Assembly: GCA_023475265.1 (NCBI GenBank)
Contig: JAMCWE010000185.1
Span: 37,490-101,489, forward strand
DNA: 64,000 bases
From: Bacteroidota bacterium
Lineage (GTDB): Bacteria > Bacteroidota > Ignavibacteria > Ignavibacteriales > Ignavibacteriaceae
Direction of reading: 5' to 3'
The notes beneath the pieces were generated by a model. The model saw only the letters and a program-made list of their open reading frames with translations. It was not told the origin of the DNA and did not search any database. Each line of letters opens with the position of its first letter. Position 1 is the first letter of the stretch. The translations under genes and the position numbers were made by a program. Of the stretch, positions 47,904 through 58,098 are shown in pieces.

Positions 47904-48887
47904 TTATTTTTCATTCATTAAAAATTCGTTAAGTAACTTAAAATATTTTTCTTTTTCTTCAACGTAAGGATTGTGTCCGCTTTTTTCGAACATAACAAAC
48001 TTTGCCTGCGGTGCATATTCTTTATATTTAATTGACCATGATGGTACGGCAACTCTATCAAACCTTCCTTCAATAATTAAAATCGGCATCTTCAAGGTTT
48101 TTAGTTTTGTTCTAAAATCAAGCTTTGCAATATCGCCGCCGATAATAAAATCACCATCGTATCCAACGAGTGTATAATAAACTTGAGAATTGAATCCGAT
48201 GTCCGGCCTCATCTTGTATGCATTTGACGCATCATAAAAATATAGCAGCCCGGATGGAACGCTGTATGCTTTTTGGTGTTCTGGAGAACTTGAATTATAA
48301 CCTTCATTCCGGAGCTTCATCAATTTTGACCAAACTTCAGGAAATTGATTTTTTATTTCTTTATTTGAGTTGTTGTCATTTTCCTGCCACATTTCTCCGC
48401 TATAAAATGTATTTGATAAAATCAATTTCTCAACAGAGCTTGGATATTTAAGTGCATAAGCCTGAGCAACCATGCCGCCATAAGAATGTCCAAGTACATT
48501 CCATTTTTTAAAACCCAAAGCTTTCCGCAATCCTTCCAAATCGTTAACATCGCGATTGAAAGTGTATTCAACGGAATCCTTTGCGCGATCTGATTTTCCC
48601 CTGCCGAATGCGTCGTAATAAATTACTTTATAATTTTTGGCTAGCTCATCGAACCATGGTGTAAAATAAATATGTGAATTCCCCGGGCCGCCAGGAATTA
48701 AGACAATAGGCTCTCCGCTTCCTTTAATTTCATACCACAATTTTGCGCCGTTAACTCCAACATAAGCGCCATTATTATCTTCTTTTGTCTGAGCGGATGA
48801 ATAACTAAAAGCAAAAGAAAAAACCGATAGAAGAAAAATTAAATTGAAAGTTTTTCGGATGGTAAATTTCCTTAAAATTATTTTCAT
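47904..48887 (-). CDS. Secreted alpha/beta hydrolase (proline iminopeptidase/S33-like)
   Basis: IPGGPGNSH (HGGPG-like oxyanion motif). GHSYGG nucleophile elbow. Late SGHNPY. Confidence 0.8.
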   Translation of the reverse strand: MKIILRKFTIRKTFNLIFLLSVFSFAFSYSSAQTKEDNNGAYVGVNGAKLWYEIKGSGEPIVLIPGGPGNSHIYFTPWFDELAKNYKVIYYDAFGRGKSDRAKDSVEYTFNRDVNDLEGLRKALGFKKWNVLGHSYGGMVAQAYALKYPSSVEKLILSNTFYSGEMWQENDNNSNKEIKNQFPEVWSKLMKLRNEGYNSSSPEHQKAYSVPSGLLYFYDASNAYKMRPDIGFNSQVYYTLVGYDGDFIIGGDIAKLDFRTKLKTLKMPILIIEGRFDRVAVPSWSIKYKEYAPQAKFVMFEKSGHNPYVEEKEKYFKLLNEFLMNEK

Positions 48888-48939
48888 AATCTTTCCTTAA
48901 ATAGGTTTTGAAAATATTATGTTCTTACAAAGATGAAGA

Positions 48940-49848
48940 TCAATTATGAATTTCCGCATGCAGCTCATCATGTTTTTCAAGCGGCTCAAGATGAGTAACT
49001 ATATTAACTGATGTATTCAAAGATTTTTTTACTGACGTCTCAATTTCAGTTGCTTTTCGATGTGCGTCATCAAGCAAAGTTCCTTGCGGAAAAAGTAAAT
49101 GAAATTCTATCCAAACTAAATTACCGCTTTCACGATATCTCAATTCATGATATTTTAAACCAAGTGCAATTGTTTCAGCGTCAAGAACATTTACAATCGT
49201 TTCTCTCAATTCCATATTACTTTCATCCATCAATCCTCCGGCAGATTGTCTTATAAGTTTTCCGCCTGACCAGAGTATATTCACTGCTGCTAAAATTGCT
49301 ACGATGGGATCAAAAGGCAGCCAACCGGTTATAAGAGTTAAAACTAATCCAGCAACAACTCCGAAGCTTGTCCACGAATCTGTAAGGACATGTTTCCCGT
49401 TTGCAATAAGAATGATTGATTTTGTTTTTTTACCTTTCCAAACTAAGAATCCGCCAAGCACAAGATTAATTACCGAAGCACTAAAAGTAAAAAAAGTTCC
49501 AGTATCAAGATTAGAAATTTCAATTCCTTCAATTAGTCTTCTAACTGAAATATAAATTATGTAGAAAGCCGCTAGAACAATTAGCCCGCCTTCAGCTCCG
49601 GCAGAAAAATAACTAATTTTATCATGACCGTAAGGATGGCTTTTGTCCGGTGGTTGGAGGCTTAGCCACATGCTAAAAACTGCAAATCCAACACCAACTA
49701 TATGAACAACCGACTCTGCTGCATCGGACAAAATAGCCGATGATCCTGTAATATTGTAAGCATACCACTTGATGATCAGCATTAAAATTCCGACTGCTAA
49801 GGAAAGTCGTATTGCGAATTGCTGTCCTTTTTGTTCGATTATTTTCAT
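48940..49848 (-). CDS. Cation diffusion facilitator (CDF) family divalent-metal efflux transporter
   Basis: SSAILSDAAESVVH and HVLTDSW metal-site motifs in TM2/TM5. C-terminal cytoplasmic domain with H-rich end. Confidence 0.9.
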   Translation of the reverse strand: MKIIEQKGQQFAIRLSLAVGILMLIIKWYAYNITGSSAILSDAAESVVHIVGVGFAVFSMWLSLQPPDKSHPYGHDKISYFSAGAEGGLIVLAAFYIIYISVRRLIEGIEISNLDTGTFFTFSASVINLVLGGFLVWKGKKTKSIILIANGKHVLTDSWTSFGVVAGLVLTLITGWLPFDPIVAILAAVNILWSGGKLIRQSAGGLMDESNMELRETIVNVLDAETIALGLKYHELRYRESGNLVWIEFHLLFPQGTLLDDAHRKATEIETSVKKSLNTSVNIVTHLEPLEKHDELHAEIHN

Positions 49849-49952
49849 TTAGCTTTTGTAAAAATTTTCCCTATTACTTTTTGCTGCGCTTAAAATTACA
49901 AAACGTTAACGCTTTAATAAAGAGGGAACTTAAAATAAAGATTGTCAAAAAA

Positions 49953-50351
49953 TTACTCTGATTTTGAAAAATATTTTTTCATCGGTTTAAAGTAGAAATC
50001 TTTCCAGCCTTGCTTATATGAATCAGCTTGACCTTCAGGTATATTGCTGTGGATCAAAGTTAGCTTCGTTCCTTTATTTGATTTTTCTAAAAGTAATTCC
50101 AAATGTGAATCTGCAACATTGACTGGAAAGTCTGTTGAACGCAATGACTGAACAATTCTTTTGAAGGGAACCAACTCTATATTTTTTCCAATAATATAAT
50201 TATCCCATGCTGAAAACGCTCCGCCTTTTCTAGAAGTTGCTTTTGCGGTATTGCCGGTAAATGCTGAGTGCTCTTTTGAATTAAGCCAGGCTTTGTAAAT
50301 TCTTTCCGGTGAAGCGGGAAGCAGAGTAGAAATTTTAAAATTATTTTTCAT
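49953..50351 (-). CDS. SRPBCC superfamily (AHSA1/START-like) protein
   Basis: 132-aa ORF. ERIYKAWLNSKEHSAFTG pattern, followed by GGAFSAWDNYIIGKN and GW.D.Y..PMK, typical of Aha1-domain proteins. Confidence 0.75.
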   Translation of the reverse strand: MKNNFKISTLLPASPERIYKAWLNSKEHSAFTGNTAKATSRKGGAFSAWDNYIIGKNIELVPFKRIVQSLRSTDFPVNVADSHLELLLEKSNKGTKLTLIHSNIPEGQADSYKQGWKDFYFKPMKKYFSKSE

Positions 50352-50424
50352 ATGAAACTCTACTTATTAGGTTGGAAATATTTTTGATCGTATTTAAAAT
50401 AAATAAATTAGTCACCTAACAAAA

Positions 50425-51072
50425 CTATTTGAAAAATTTTGTCAAATAATTTGGTACCCCGGTTATCTTAGCTAGAATTTTTTCTGCACCAGAAAAATTG
50501 CTGTACTTTGTAAGATTAGTCGGAATGACAATGCATTTTAAACCCGCTGCTAATGCAGATTTTAATCCTCTTTCGGAATCTTCAACTACAATGCATTCTT
50601 CTTTTTTTAGTCCGCTTAATTCCAAAGCTTTAAAGTAAGGATCAGGCTCAGGTTTTGAATTTGCATAATCATTCACCGTTAAAACAAAATCAAAATATTT
50701 AAGAAGCCCAGAATTATTATGAATAATATCAAAGTGACGTTTCTTGGAACTAGTAACAATTCCCATTTTATATTTTCCGAACAACTTTGCCAAAGTTTCA
50801 CTAGCTCCATCAATAACTTCCATTTTATTTAAAAGAAGATTGCTATAAAGTTCGTCTCTTTCATTTCTGAGTTTCGAAATATCATCTCGGCTTAATCCTT
50901 TTGTTTCTGCAAGATGCCAGGTACCGCTTGAGCGTTTTAAAAAATATTCAACATAAACGTCTTCCGAAATTTCAATTCCGATTGTTGCAAAGATTTCTTT
51001 GTTTGCCTGGTAATATAATTTTTCAGTATCGACAAGAACGCCGTCGTTATCCCAGAAAATAGCTTTGATCAT
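50425..51072 (-). CDS. HAD-IA family hydrolase (beta-phosphoglucomutase/phosphatase-like)
   Basis: FWDNDGVLVDTE (DxDG). VTSS. KPEPDPY. VVEDSERGLKSA.AAG. Confidence 0.85.
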   Translation of the reverse strand: MIKAIFWDNDGVLVDTEKLYYQANKEIFATIGIEISEDVYVEYFLKRSSGTWHLAETKGLSRDDISKLRNERDELYSNLLLNKMEVIDGASETLAKLFGKYKMGIVTSSKKRHFDIIHNNSGLLKYFDFVLTVNDYANSKPEPDPYFKALELSGLKKEECIVVEDSERGLKSALAAGLKCIVIPTNLTKYSNFSGAEKILAKITGVPNYLTKFFK

Positions 51073-51176
51073 AAATTGAAAAAAATGTTGTTTGAGTAAT
51101 GGAATGCCGGAATAATATATGAAAATAATCCAGCGTTCCTTTTCTAAAATTAAAGCTGCCTATTAAAAATTTAAAA

Positions 51177-52730
51177 TTAAATAAAGAATCTCACATGCTG
51201 CCAAATAACTTTATAAGGAATTTTTAAATGTCTGCAAATAAAAATTGGCAAATTATTTTCATAAGGAATTGCATACTTACTTTGAACAACGCCAGCCTGT
51301 TCAACTGAATCGCAAGTCTGTAGGTGATCCTCCTTACTTCCGCCGATTACAATTACTGTTGTAAATGTTGTATCACCTGGTCCCCAGAACCAATAATTAT
51401 TATGCCCGCATACAACTCTTGGTAATGGAAAATCTTTTCTGAAAAAATCTACAGCGCCGGCTTCGCCATAATTCTGTGCATAAACAACAGTTCGTTTTTG
51501 TTCTTCCGGTGAAAGAGAAGAATAAACTTTTGAAACCGTTGAAGCCATATTTTTCCAGCCGAACATATCTGCATAATGTTGAGGAAGCTTTTCAAGATGA
51601 TGTGCTTCCGAATTAGACGGTTGAAAGCCAAGAGCCTTTGAATAATTTATGAAATTTCCTACAGGAAGAATTGGAAGAGCCAACGGAATCAGAATTATTC
51701 CCGAAAGTGTAATTATTATTGGTAACGAATACTTTAGCCATTTCATGGATTTAATTTTAATAAATTTTTCAATCATCACTCCGCCGGCTGCTAACAGCAT
51801 TGGGAAAGCCGGGCCAAGGTATTCCGCTTTTGAATGCCAATTAATTATTAAGATTAAAAATGTAACCAGGAAAATATACCCGATAGCTCGAAAAGTTTTT
51901 CCATCTTTGTTTAAGAATAAAAAGTAAATCCCGGCAAACCACACAGGAATTGTAAATGGATTTAAAATTAGAATCAGATCAGAAATAAGTGTAACCGGAT
52001 TTTGAGAGGAATATTTTATTTCTGCAGCTCGCCTCATAAATTCAAGAGTTGCAAATTGATGTGTTACATTCCAAAATATATAAGGGCTGAACATTATGAA
52101 TGTAATTATTCCGGCTACGTAAGGCCATTTTGTTTTAAAATATTTCCTTTGTGGAGTGAGAATTAAGCCAATTAAAAGTCCTGCACCAAACCAAAGCAAA
52201 TCTATTTTGTTAAGAAGGCCGAATCCTAGAACTATTCCAAGCCAGATCCATAAATTATTTTTTCCTTCAATGATAATTTTAATTACGATGTAAACGGCAA
52301 GTGACCAGAACAACCAATCAAAACTATTCATCGAATAAACTGAATTCATGCCGAGGAACAAAGGGGCAATGGAAATCGAAATACAAGCTAAAATAATTGC
52401 AAAATGTCCGCCGTTTAATTTGCGAACCATTAAGCCGGTGATAAAAACAGTAATAGAAGATGCTAATGCTGGAAGAAGTCTTAAGGCAAAGATTGAATCG
52501 CCGAAAAGCTTTATGCTTATAAAAAGAATATAACTTGCAAGAGGCGGCTGATCAACATAACCGGCTGCAAGATGACGGCTGCACGCAATGTAATATAATT
52601 CATCGCGGAAATATCCGTAGCCCGCAAAAGCATTTGTATATAGATGAAGCAAGAGTTCAAATACAGAAAAGCCGATAATTATATTCAAACTATTGCGACG
52701 AAATTTATTAGCATTATTTGTTGTGTCCAT
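51177..52730 (-). CDS. Glycosyltransferase family 39 (ArnT/PMT-like) membrane protein
   Basis: 517-aa ORF with about 11 TM segments. Early FRDELYYIACSRHLAAGYVDQPPL loop typical of the ArnT/PMT_2 family. Confidence 0.8.
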   Translation of the reverse strand: MDTTNNANKFRRNSLNIIIGFSVFELLLHLYTNAFAGYGYFRDELYYIACSRHLAAGYVDQPPLASYILFISIKLFGDSIFALRLLPALASSITVFITGLMVRKLNGGHFAIILACISISIAPLFLGMNSVYSMNSFDWLFWSLAVYIVIKIIIEGKNNLWIWLGIVLGFGLLNKIDLLWFGAGLLIGLILTPQRKYFKTKWPYVAGIITFIMFSPYIFWNVTHQFATLEFMRRAAEIKYSSQNPVTLISDLILILNPFTIPVWFAGIYFLFLNKDGKTFRAIGYIFLVTFLILIINWHSKAEYLGPAFPMLLAAGGVMIEKFIKIKSMKWLKYSLPIIITLSGIILIPLALPILPVGNFINYSKALGFQPSNSEAHHLEKLPQHYADMFGWKNMASTVSKVYSSLSPEEQKRTVVYAQNYGEAGAVDFFRKDFPLPRVVCGHNNYWFWGPGDTTFTTVIVIGGSKEDHLQTCDSVEQAGVVQSKYAIPYENNLPIFICRHLKIPYKVIWQHVRFFI

Positions 52731-53010
52731 TTCTCCATTCCATTTTAGATTTGTGAAATTATCTTAACCGGAAATTAAATTAGAAGCAAGATTTTAATTT
52801 TAGGTTGTAAATTATTTTGACCGGAGTTTTTGTCTGCTCAGAATTTTATCTCAATGGTAATTTAATAAACCCGTTGTTCGAAATAGAAACAATACAGCCA
52901 CATATTGTTTAGATAAACGTTAACCTGACTGCTGTCAGAAAAGTTCAGTATAGTAATCGTCATCTGTAACTGACTGCGATATGCAGGTGCCATTGCCGTA
53001 ACTGCTTTAT

Positions 53011-53667
53011 TTATTTCTTCCCGTCGTACCACACATACCCGTCCCAGATAATTATATCTCTTCCGCCGGTATGCTTGTTATCGAATCCGACCTTCCACTT
53101 TTTATGCTCAACTTTATCGATCAATACTAATGGATAATCCGGACCACCCTTCTCCCACTTGCCGGATTTACCGCCGTATGAATTCCATTTATAAGTGCCG
53201 TTCTTATTTATAACAAGGTCCCCGGATCGCGCACCGGCTGAAACATGAAGCTTATCATAGCCGGAAACTTCGCTTGGGCTCTGCCACACTGCGCCGGGAA
53301 TCTTTGTATGCCATACTCCGAACAACTGCTCGATATTATTGCGAGCACTATTGTTTTTCCCCGGATCTTTTTTATCCGTATCTATAGTCTTGCCTTTGTA
53401 CACCTCAACTGTCTTACCTTTATGTACATCAATGTCCTTTGCCTTGTTCGCTTCGATTGTTTTGGCTCTATATACATCAATCGTTTTGGATTTGTCCACT
53501 TCAATCGTCTTGGATTTATACGGTTTAATCTCTTTCGCTTTATGTGTTTGGATCTGGCCGCTGGATGGTTTGCTTAGGCTGCTGCGGGAAGAATCCTGCT
53601 GAGCAAAAATTAAATTCGAAAAAAGAATTGCTGCAGCGATAGAAAAAATGGTTGATTTTTTGGTCAT
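53011..53667 (-). CDS. Secreted repeat protein: 7 x 8-aa Lys-rich tandem repeats plus a Trp/Gly-rich C-terminal domain
   Basis: 218-aa ORF with a signal peptide. Repeats: KAKEIKPY KSKTIEVD KSKTIDVY RAKTIEAN KAKDIDVH KGKTVEVY KGKTIDTD. C-terminal domain of no recognised family. Local G+C is higher than the surroundings (45 percent in one hand-counted 60-nt line). Confidence 0.6.
   Translation of the reverse strand: MTKKSTIFSIAAAILFSNLIFAQQDSSRSSLSKPSSGQIQTHKAKEIKPYKSKTIEVDKSKTIDVYRAKTIEANKAKDIDVHKGKTVEVYKGKTIDTDKKDPGKNNSARNNIEQLFGVWHTKIPGAVWQSPSEVSGYDKLHVSAGARSGDLVINKNGTYKWNSYGGKSGKWEKGGPDYPLVLIDKVEHKKWKVGFDNKHTGGRDIIIWDGYVWYDGKK
53374..53541. repeat. 24-bp tandem coding repeats (7 units) inside the 53011..53667 CDS
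   Basis: Residues 43-98 form seven 8-aa units of consensus K-x-K-T-I-[ED]-V-x. Confidence 0.8.
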
Positions 53668-53986
53668 ACAATTTTCCTTATAGTTGAAATAATTTTATAT
53701 TTTTTTCCTATGGCTAAGATAAAATTAATTTATTACGCTTTTCTAATTCTAAAATAATTTTATCCGAATAAATTTTAAGTAATTGCTGTTCCCTAATTTT
53801 AATATCCTGTTTTTTCAATAATTCACGACGTCAATTTATTTATTGTAATATTACAAAACAACAATATTGTTTTCTTAAAATTTACTTTGAATAAATTGAT
53901 ATGCATTAATTTCATTTTGTTTTTATAAATATCATTTTATCATCAGCATTATATCTCAATTTTCTTTTTACTATTTTCCATGAGAA

Positions 53987-54517
53987 ATGAAAAAATATTT
54001 ATCCATAATGCTCATCTTCCTCATTGCATTGAATTCCTTCGGGTTCTATCTCGTCTTCGGATATTTATATTTGAACTGTAAGATTGAATCCGGAATTGCA
54101 ATAGACAAGATCAATAAAAAACATTCCGGTGAACTAACATTATTTATTTTGGATAATCATTCCGAATCGGGATGGCTAAACGATGATGAGCTTATAGTTA
54201 ATAATCACCATTACGATGTTGTAAAGAAAGAGACAATCTCGGATAAAATTTATGTGTATTGCCTGAAAGACGAAAAGGAAGATAAAGTCTCAAATGAATT
54301 CTACTCTTTAAATAATATTTATGATAACAATCCATCGCATTCAAAAAATATTTCCGATCTACTGCTAGACAAGCTGATAAAGAATTTTCTCTCACCTCAT
54401 TTATTTTATTTTAACTATCATTCGTTGTCTTACAGCTCCAGCTGCATTGATAACATTAGCTATAAAGTACCTTTCAAAAATGTTCTATCGCCGCCTCCGG
54501 AGAAGCAAATAATATAA
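53987..54517 (+). CDS. Hypothetical N-terminally membrane-anchored protein upstream of the TonB-dependent receptor
   Basis: 176-aa ORF with one N-terminal TM helix (LSIMLIFLIALNSFGFYLVFGYL). No recognisable motif. Confidence 0.45.
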   Translation: MKKYLSIMLIFLIALNSFGFYLVFGYLYLNCKIESGIAIDKINKKHSGELTLFILDNHSESGWLNDDELIVNNHHYDVVKKETISDKIYVYCLKDEKEDKVSNEFYSLNNIYDNNPSHSKNISDLLLDKLIKNFLSPHLFYFNYHSLSYSSSCIDNISYKVPFKNVLSPPPEKQII

Positions 54518-54705
54518 TTCCTTTATGTCTTGAGCTTTTAGCTGCTTAAGAATTATTATTTCTAATCAGGTTGAATTGAACTTCCCAATTCGAAATAGCA
54601 ATAAAAAAGCAGTTAATCTAATAGGCTCAATCGGTGTAGGGCAGTTTATTATTTAATTGTTTGGCTTATTAAAAATTAATTTTTCAATACAATCAGAAGA
54701 ACATT

Positions 54706-56967
54706 ATGATGAAATTATATTTAACTGCGGCGGCTGTATTTCTCTTCGCCAATATTTTCTTAAACGCTCAAATAAATATTTCGGGAGAAATAACTGATAA
54801 GAAGACTAACGAAAAATTGGAGGGCGTAAATATTTTCATCCAGGAGCTTCAGCGCGGAACCATCTCCGATGAAAACGGTTTTTATGAAATAAAAGATCTT
54901 CCCTCCGGCAGCTTTACGGTTCAATTCAACCGGATAGGATATAAAACCATTATTGAAAAAATCTCTGCCGGCGAAAATAATATTAAATTGAATGTTGGCC
55001 TTTCGCCGACGAATATTGAAATGCAGGAAGTTGTTGTTGTAGGTAATTCAATCTCAACACAGGAAAAGATGCCGCTTAAAGTGGAAACGCTAACAAAGCA
55101 AAACTTGCAGCGCAGCAATTCCGAAACACTTGTTGGCGCATTAAGCAAGCTTCCCGGGGTCTGGGAACTTTCTAACGGCGTTGGAATATCGAAACCGGTT
55201 ATTCGTGGAATGTTTGGTTACAGAACTGCAACTATTATAGACGGAATAAAATTCGATAATCAGCAATTCCAGGATGAGCATGGTTTCGGACTTGATGAAG
55301 TCGGTATCGGCAAGGTGGAAATTATTCAAGGTCCCGCTTCTCTTATTTACGGCTCAGGCGTGCTCGGCGGTGTTATTAATTTAATTCACGACCGCAATGC
55401 ACCAATTGGAAAAACAATCGGCAATTATAATCTGAAAATTTTTTCCAACACACTCGGTGCAAACACTGCAATTGGACTTGAAGGAACGAAAAATAATTTT
55501 GGCTGGCAGCTTCATCTCGGTGGTGAATCTCATGCCGATTATTTGAACGGTGATAACAATCGTGTTCCGAACACCCGTTTTACCGGCGGCACAGCTAAAG
55601 GACTGCTGAACTACACCACTAATTCGATGAGCACCGACCTTGAGTATATTTATTCTTATCATATTTACGGCGTGTTCGAACTGGCAGATTTGACTAATCC
55701 GAAAGATCAGCAGGAAAGCCATTTTGAAAGAGGATTCGACGGACCGCATCATATTATCGGATTTCATATTATCTCACTTCAAAATCTATTCTTCACGGGG
55801 GATTCAAAAATAAAATTGAATCTCGGCTTCCAAAATAATCACCGGCAGGAAATTGAAGGAAGCGATCAGAATGCATCTGCATCAAGCATCGGCGAGCTTG
55901 ATCTCTTGCTGAATACATTTTCATTCGATGCCGGATGGATTACTCCTTTGTTTTCGGGCGCTGAATTAAGCATCGGCACTCAGGGTTCTTTTCAAAATAA
56001 TAAGAACGATGGAACAAGAATTTTAATACCGGATGCAAATACTAATGAGCTTTCTCTTTATTCATACATAAAGAAAAATTTTGATAAGCTTGATCTTGAA
56101 GGCGGAATAAGATACGATAGTAAAAATGTTACTGCTTCGGAAATGGGAATTAAAGATTCTCTAAGCTACTTTGCGCCGCAGAATTTATCTTACCACGCAT
56201 TTAACGGCGCTGCCGGCGGTTCTTACAGCTTGAATGAAAATATTATATTCAAAATTAATTTCTCCACCGGATTCCGCGCTCCCGATCTTGCGGAGCTTAC
56301 TTCAAACGGAATTCACGAAGGCACTACAAGGTATGAGATTGGTAGTCCGAATATGAGCCTTGAGAAAAATCTTCAAACAGATATCGGCGCAGTTTATCAA
56401 AACTCTTTCTTACGTTTCCAGGCAAGCTATTTCTATAACAACATAAATAATTATATTTATCTTCAGCCGTCGATACAATATTTAGGTATTTATCAAAAAT
56501 ATTTCTTCGTTCAATCGGATGCTTCAATTCAAGGCGGAGAAGTAAGTATTGATTTAAAGCCAAACGAAGTGTTTGATTTTTCATGCTCATATTCTTTTAT
56601 AGAAAGTAAAAAGACTGACGGAAGCTATTTGCCGTTTATGCCTGCAAATAAAATAGTATCAAAAATGAATTTCGGCATGCCGGATTGGTCGGCATTCGAT
56701 AAAAATTATTTTGCTGTTACAATGAGCAACTTCTTTGATCAAAATAAAATTGCGGTTGGCGAAACGAGAACTCCTGGCTATACTCTTTTCGATGCAGCGT
56801 TAGGTTCGAGAATAACTATTGCCGATAAATATGTTGATGCAACTCTTTCTGTAACAAATCTTTTGGGTAAAGATTATATAAATCACCTCAGCTTATTAAA
56901 GCCGTATGGAATTTACGACATGGGAAGAAATATTGTTTTGGCTTTGAATTATTCGTTTGGATTATAG
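54706..56967 (+). CDS. TonB-dependent outer-membrane receptor with an N-terminal CarboxypepD_reg-like domain
   Basis: Signal peptide. ISGEITDKKTNEKLEGVNIFI...GT.SDENGFYEI CarboxypepD_reg pattern. Plug domain (VVVVGNS, RGMFGYR, IDGIKF, IEIIQGPASLIYGSG). C-terminal beta-barrel ending ...LALNYSFGL. Confidence 0.9.
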   Translation: MMKLYLTAAAVFLFANIFLNAQINISGEITDKKTNEKLEGVNIFIQELQRGTISDENGFYEIKDLPSGSFTVQFNRIGYKTIIEKISAGENNIKLNVGLSPTNIEMQEVVVVGNSISTQEKMPLKVETLTKQNLQRSNSETLVGALSKLPGVWELSNGVGISKPVIRGMFGYRTATIIDGIKFDNQQFQDEHGFGLDEVGIGKVEIIQGPASLIYGSGVLGGVINLIHDRNAPIGKTIGNYNLKIFSNTLGANTAIGLEGTKNNFGWQLHLGGESHADYLNGDNNRVPNTRFTGGTAKGLLNYTTNSMSTDLEYIYSYHIYGVFELADLTNPKDQQESHFERGFDGPHHIIGFHIISLQNLFFTGDSKIKLNLGFQNNHRQEIEGSDQNASASSIGELDLLLNTFSFDAGWITPLFSGAELSIGTQGSFQNNKNDGTRILIPDANTNELSLYSYIKKNFDKLDLEGGIRYDSKNVTASEMGIKDSLSYFAPQNLSYHAFNGAAGGSYSLNENIIFKINFSTGFRAPDLAELTSNGIHEGTTRYEIGSPNMSLEKNLQTDIGAVYQNSFLRFQASYFYNNINNYIYLQPSIQYLGIYQKYFFVQSDASIQGGEVSIDLKPNEVFDFSCSYSFIESKKTDGSYLPFMPANKIVSKMNFGMPDWSAFDKNYFAVTMSNFFDQNKIAVGETRTPGYTLFDAALGSRITIADKYVDATLSVTNLLGKDYINHLSLLKPYGIYDMGRNIVLALNYSFGL

Positions 56968-57035
56968 TTACCGTGAAATGAATTTAATAGGTGAAAGAAT
57001 AATTAAAGCTCTAATTAGTTTATAATTCATTAATT

Positions 57036-57065
57036 AAAAAGAGCGGAATTGCTTCCGCTCTTTTT
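57036..57065. terminator. Bidirectional rho-independent terminator between convergent genes
   Basis: Perfect 13-bp stem AAAAAGAGCGGAA / TTCCGCTCTTTTT with a 4-nt loop. A/T runs on both sides. Confidence 0.75.
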
Positions 57066-57105
57066 TGTGCTGCAAAATCTACAAAGCCTTTTAAATAATT
57101 TGACA

Positions 57106-58098
57106 TCAGAAAAACAATACCCTTTCATCCTCTGTTTTTGCAAATATTCCTGTTGCCGGACTTACTCCAAGAATTTCTTGATCTTCGAAATACATCGCAA
57201 CAGTAAAATTATCTTTCAGATGAGGTGCTACAATCATTCTCGGCAAGCTTGGTGCTTTCATAATATTTGGTCCCTCAATAACTTCTATTTCATAGAGACC
57301 TTCAGTGGTTGCCATTATCGTTCTTGTGTTATTGAAGCTTACTGAATTAATTCGCTTCACATTTTCATCTAGCAATTTAAATCGCAGCATTTCGCCGGAT
57401 AAATCAAATTGATAGATAGTATTCTTTATTGTAGCGAGAAATGAATTTTCGATATTCGGCATTTTCTCCAGCTTATCTATTTTACCGAATTTATTCATTT
57501 CATCTACAGTATCAACTTCAAGTATTGTGTCGCGCTTTTCAATTATATCCGGTACCAATTGAGCGGTAACAACTTCCTGCTTGTCTGTTAATCCATATAA
57601 TCTGTCGCCGAGAATTATAATATTATCAATTATGATTTTTTTATTATTCCATTTAACATTGTTAGCGATGTAAAAAGTTTTTTTATCGATTGACACAATT
57701 ACATGCCAGCGGTTTTTCCCAGCAGATATATCAATATATTTTCTGAAACGAGTTTTTTCTGTTAATGACGGATATAATCCTCTTAGAATATTGTAGAGCT
57801 TAGCGCCTCTGCACATTTTAAGAACGTCTTCTTCTCTTCCAACAACATAAAGAAGCAGAAGATCTGTTCCGATAAGTTCTATTTCTCTGAAATGCACATC
57901 AGCTTCAACAGTAAGCCCGTCTATCCAATTTATTTCCCCAACATTCGGAGGAGTAAAAAATGATTGGCTGATGAATTCATCATTCTTGTAGTAAAGAGCG
58001 ATGCCTCTTGTTTTTTCCCTCAATTCAAGATCTGTTAATTCAGCCGGTATAACGCTTGTCTGCACCTTCATTCTTTTAATATCTTCTTTTGTTTTCAT
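57106..58098 (-). CDS. Hypothetical cytoplasmic-looking protein, no family recognised
   Basis: 330-aa ORF with a good SD (AGGAG 7 nt before the ATG). No signal peptide or TM segment. Beta-rich-looking composition. Lies downstream of, and co-oriented with, the sigma-54 activator. Confidence 0.6.
   Translation of the reverse strand: MKTKEDIKRMKVQTSVIPAELTDLELREKTRGIALYYKNDEFISQSFFTPPNVGEINWIDGLTVEADVHFREIELIGTDLLLLYVVGREEDVLKMCRGAKLYNILRGLYPSLTEKTRFRKYIDISAGKNRWHVIVSIDKKTFYIANNVKWNNKKIIIDNIIILGDRLYGLTDKQEVVTAQLVPDIIEKRDTILEVDTVDEMNKFGKIDKLEKMPNIENSFLATIKNTIYQFDLSGEMLRFKLLDENVKRINSVSFNNTRTIMATTEGLYEIEVIEGPNIMKAPSLPRMIVAPHLKDNFTVAMYFEDQEILGVSPATGIFAKTEDERVLFF

Noticed and set aside
52971-52992. 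TGGCAC on the minus strand as a possible sigma-54 -24 element upstream of the GT39 gene
   Set aside because: The sequence is TGGCAC-CTGCA-TATCG. The -12 position lacks the TTGC/GC element at the correct spacing, and the site sits about 240 nt from the GT39 start. This is insufficient evidence.
53245-53602. Two plus-strand ORFs (110 and 87 aa) with repetitive hydrophobic sequence
   Set aside because: They are antisense read-through of the 24-bp coding repeats of the 53011..53667 gene. The repeats keep several frames open. The minus-strand gene has a signal peptide and a coherent domain layout.
54518-54705. Possible riboswitch (cobalamin or TPP type) in the leader of the TonB-dependent receptor
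   Set aside because: I could not find a B12 box, a TPP-type CUGAGA motif or any other recognisable conserved core by eye. An Rfam scan is needed before any claim.
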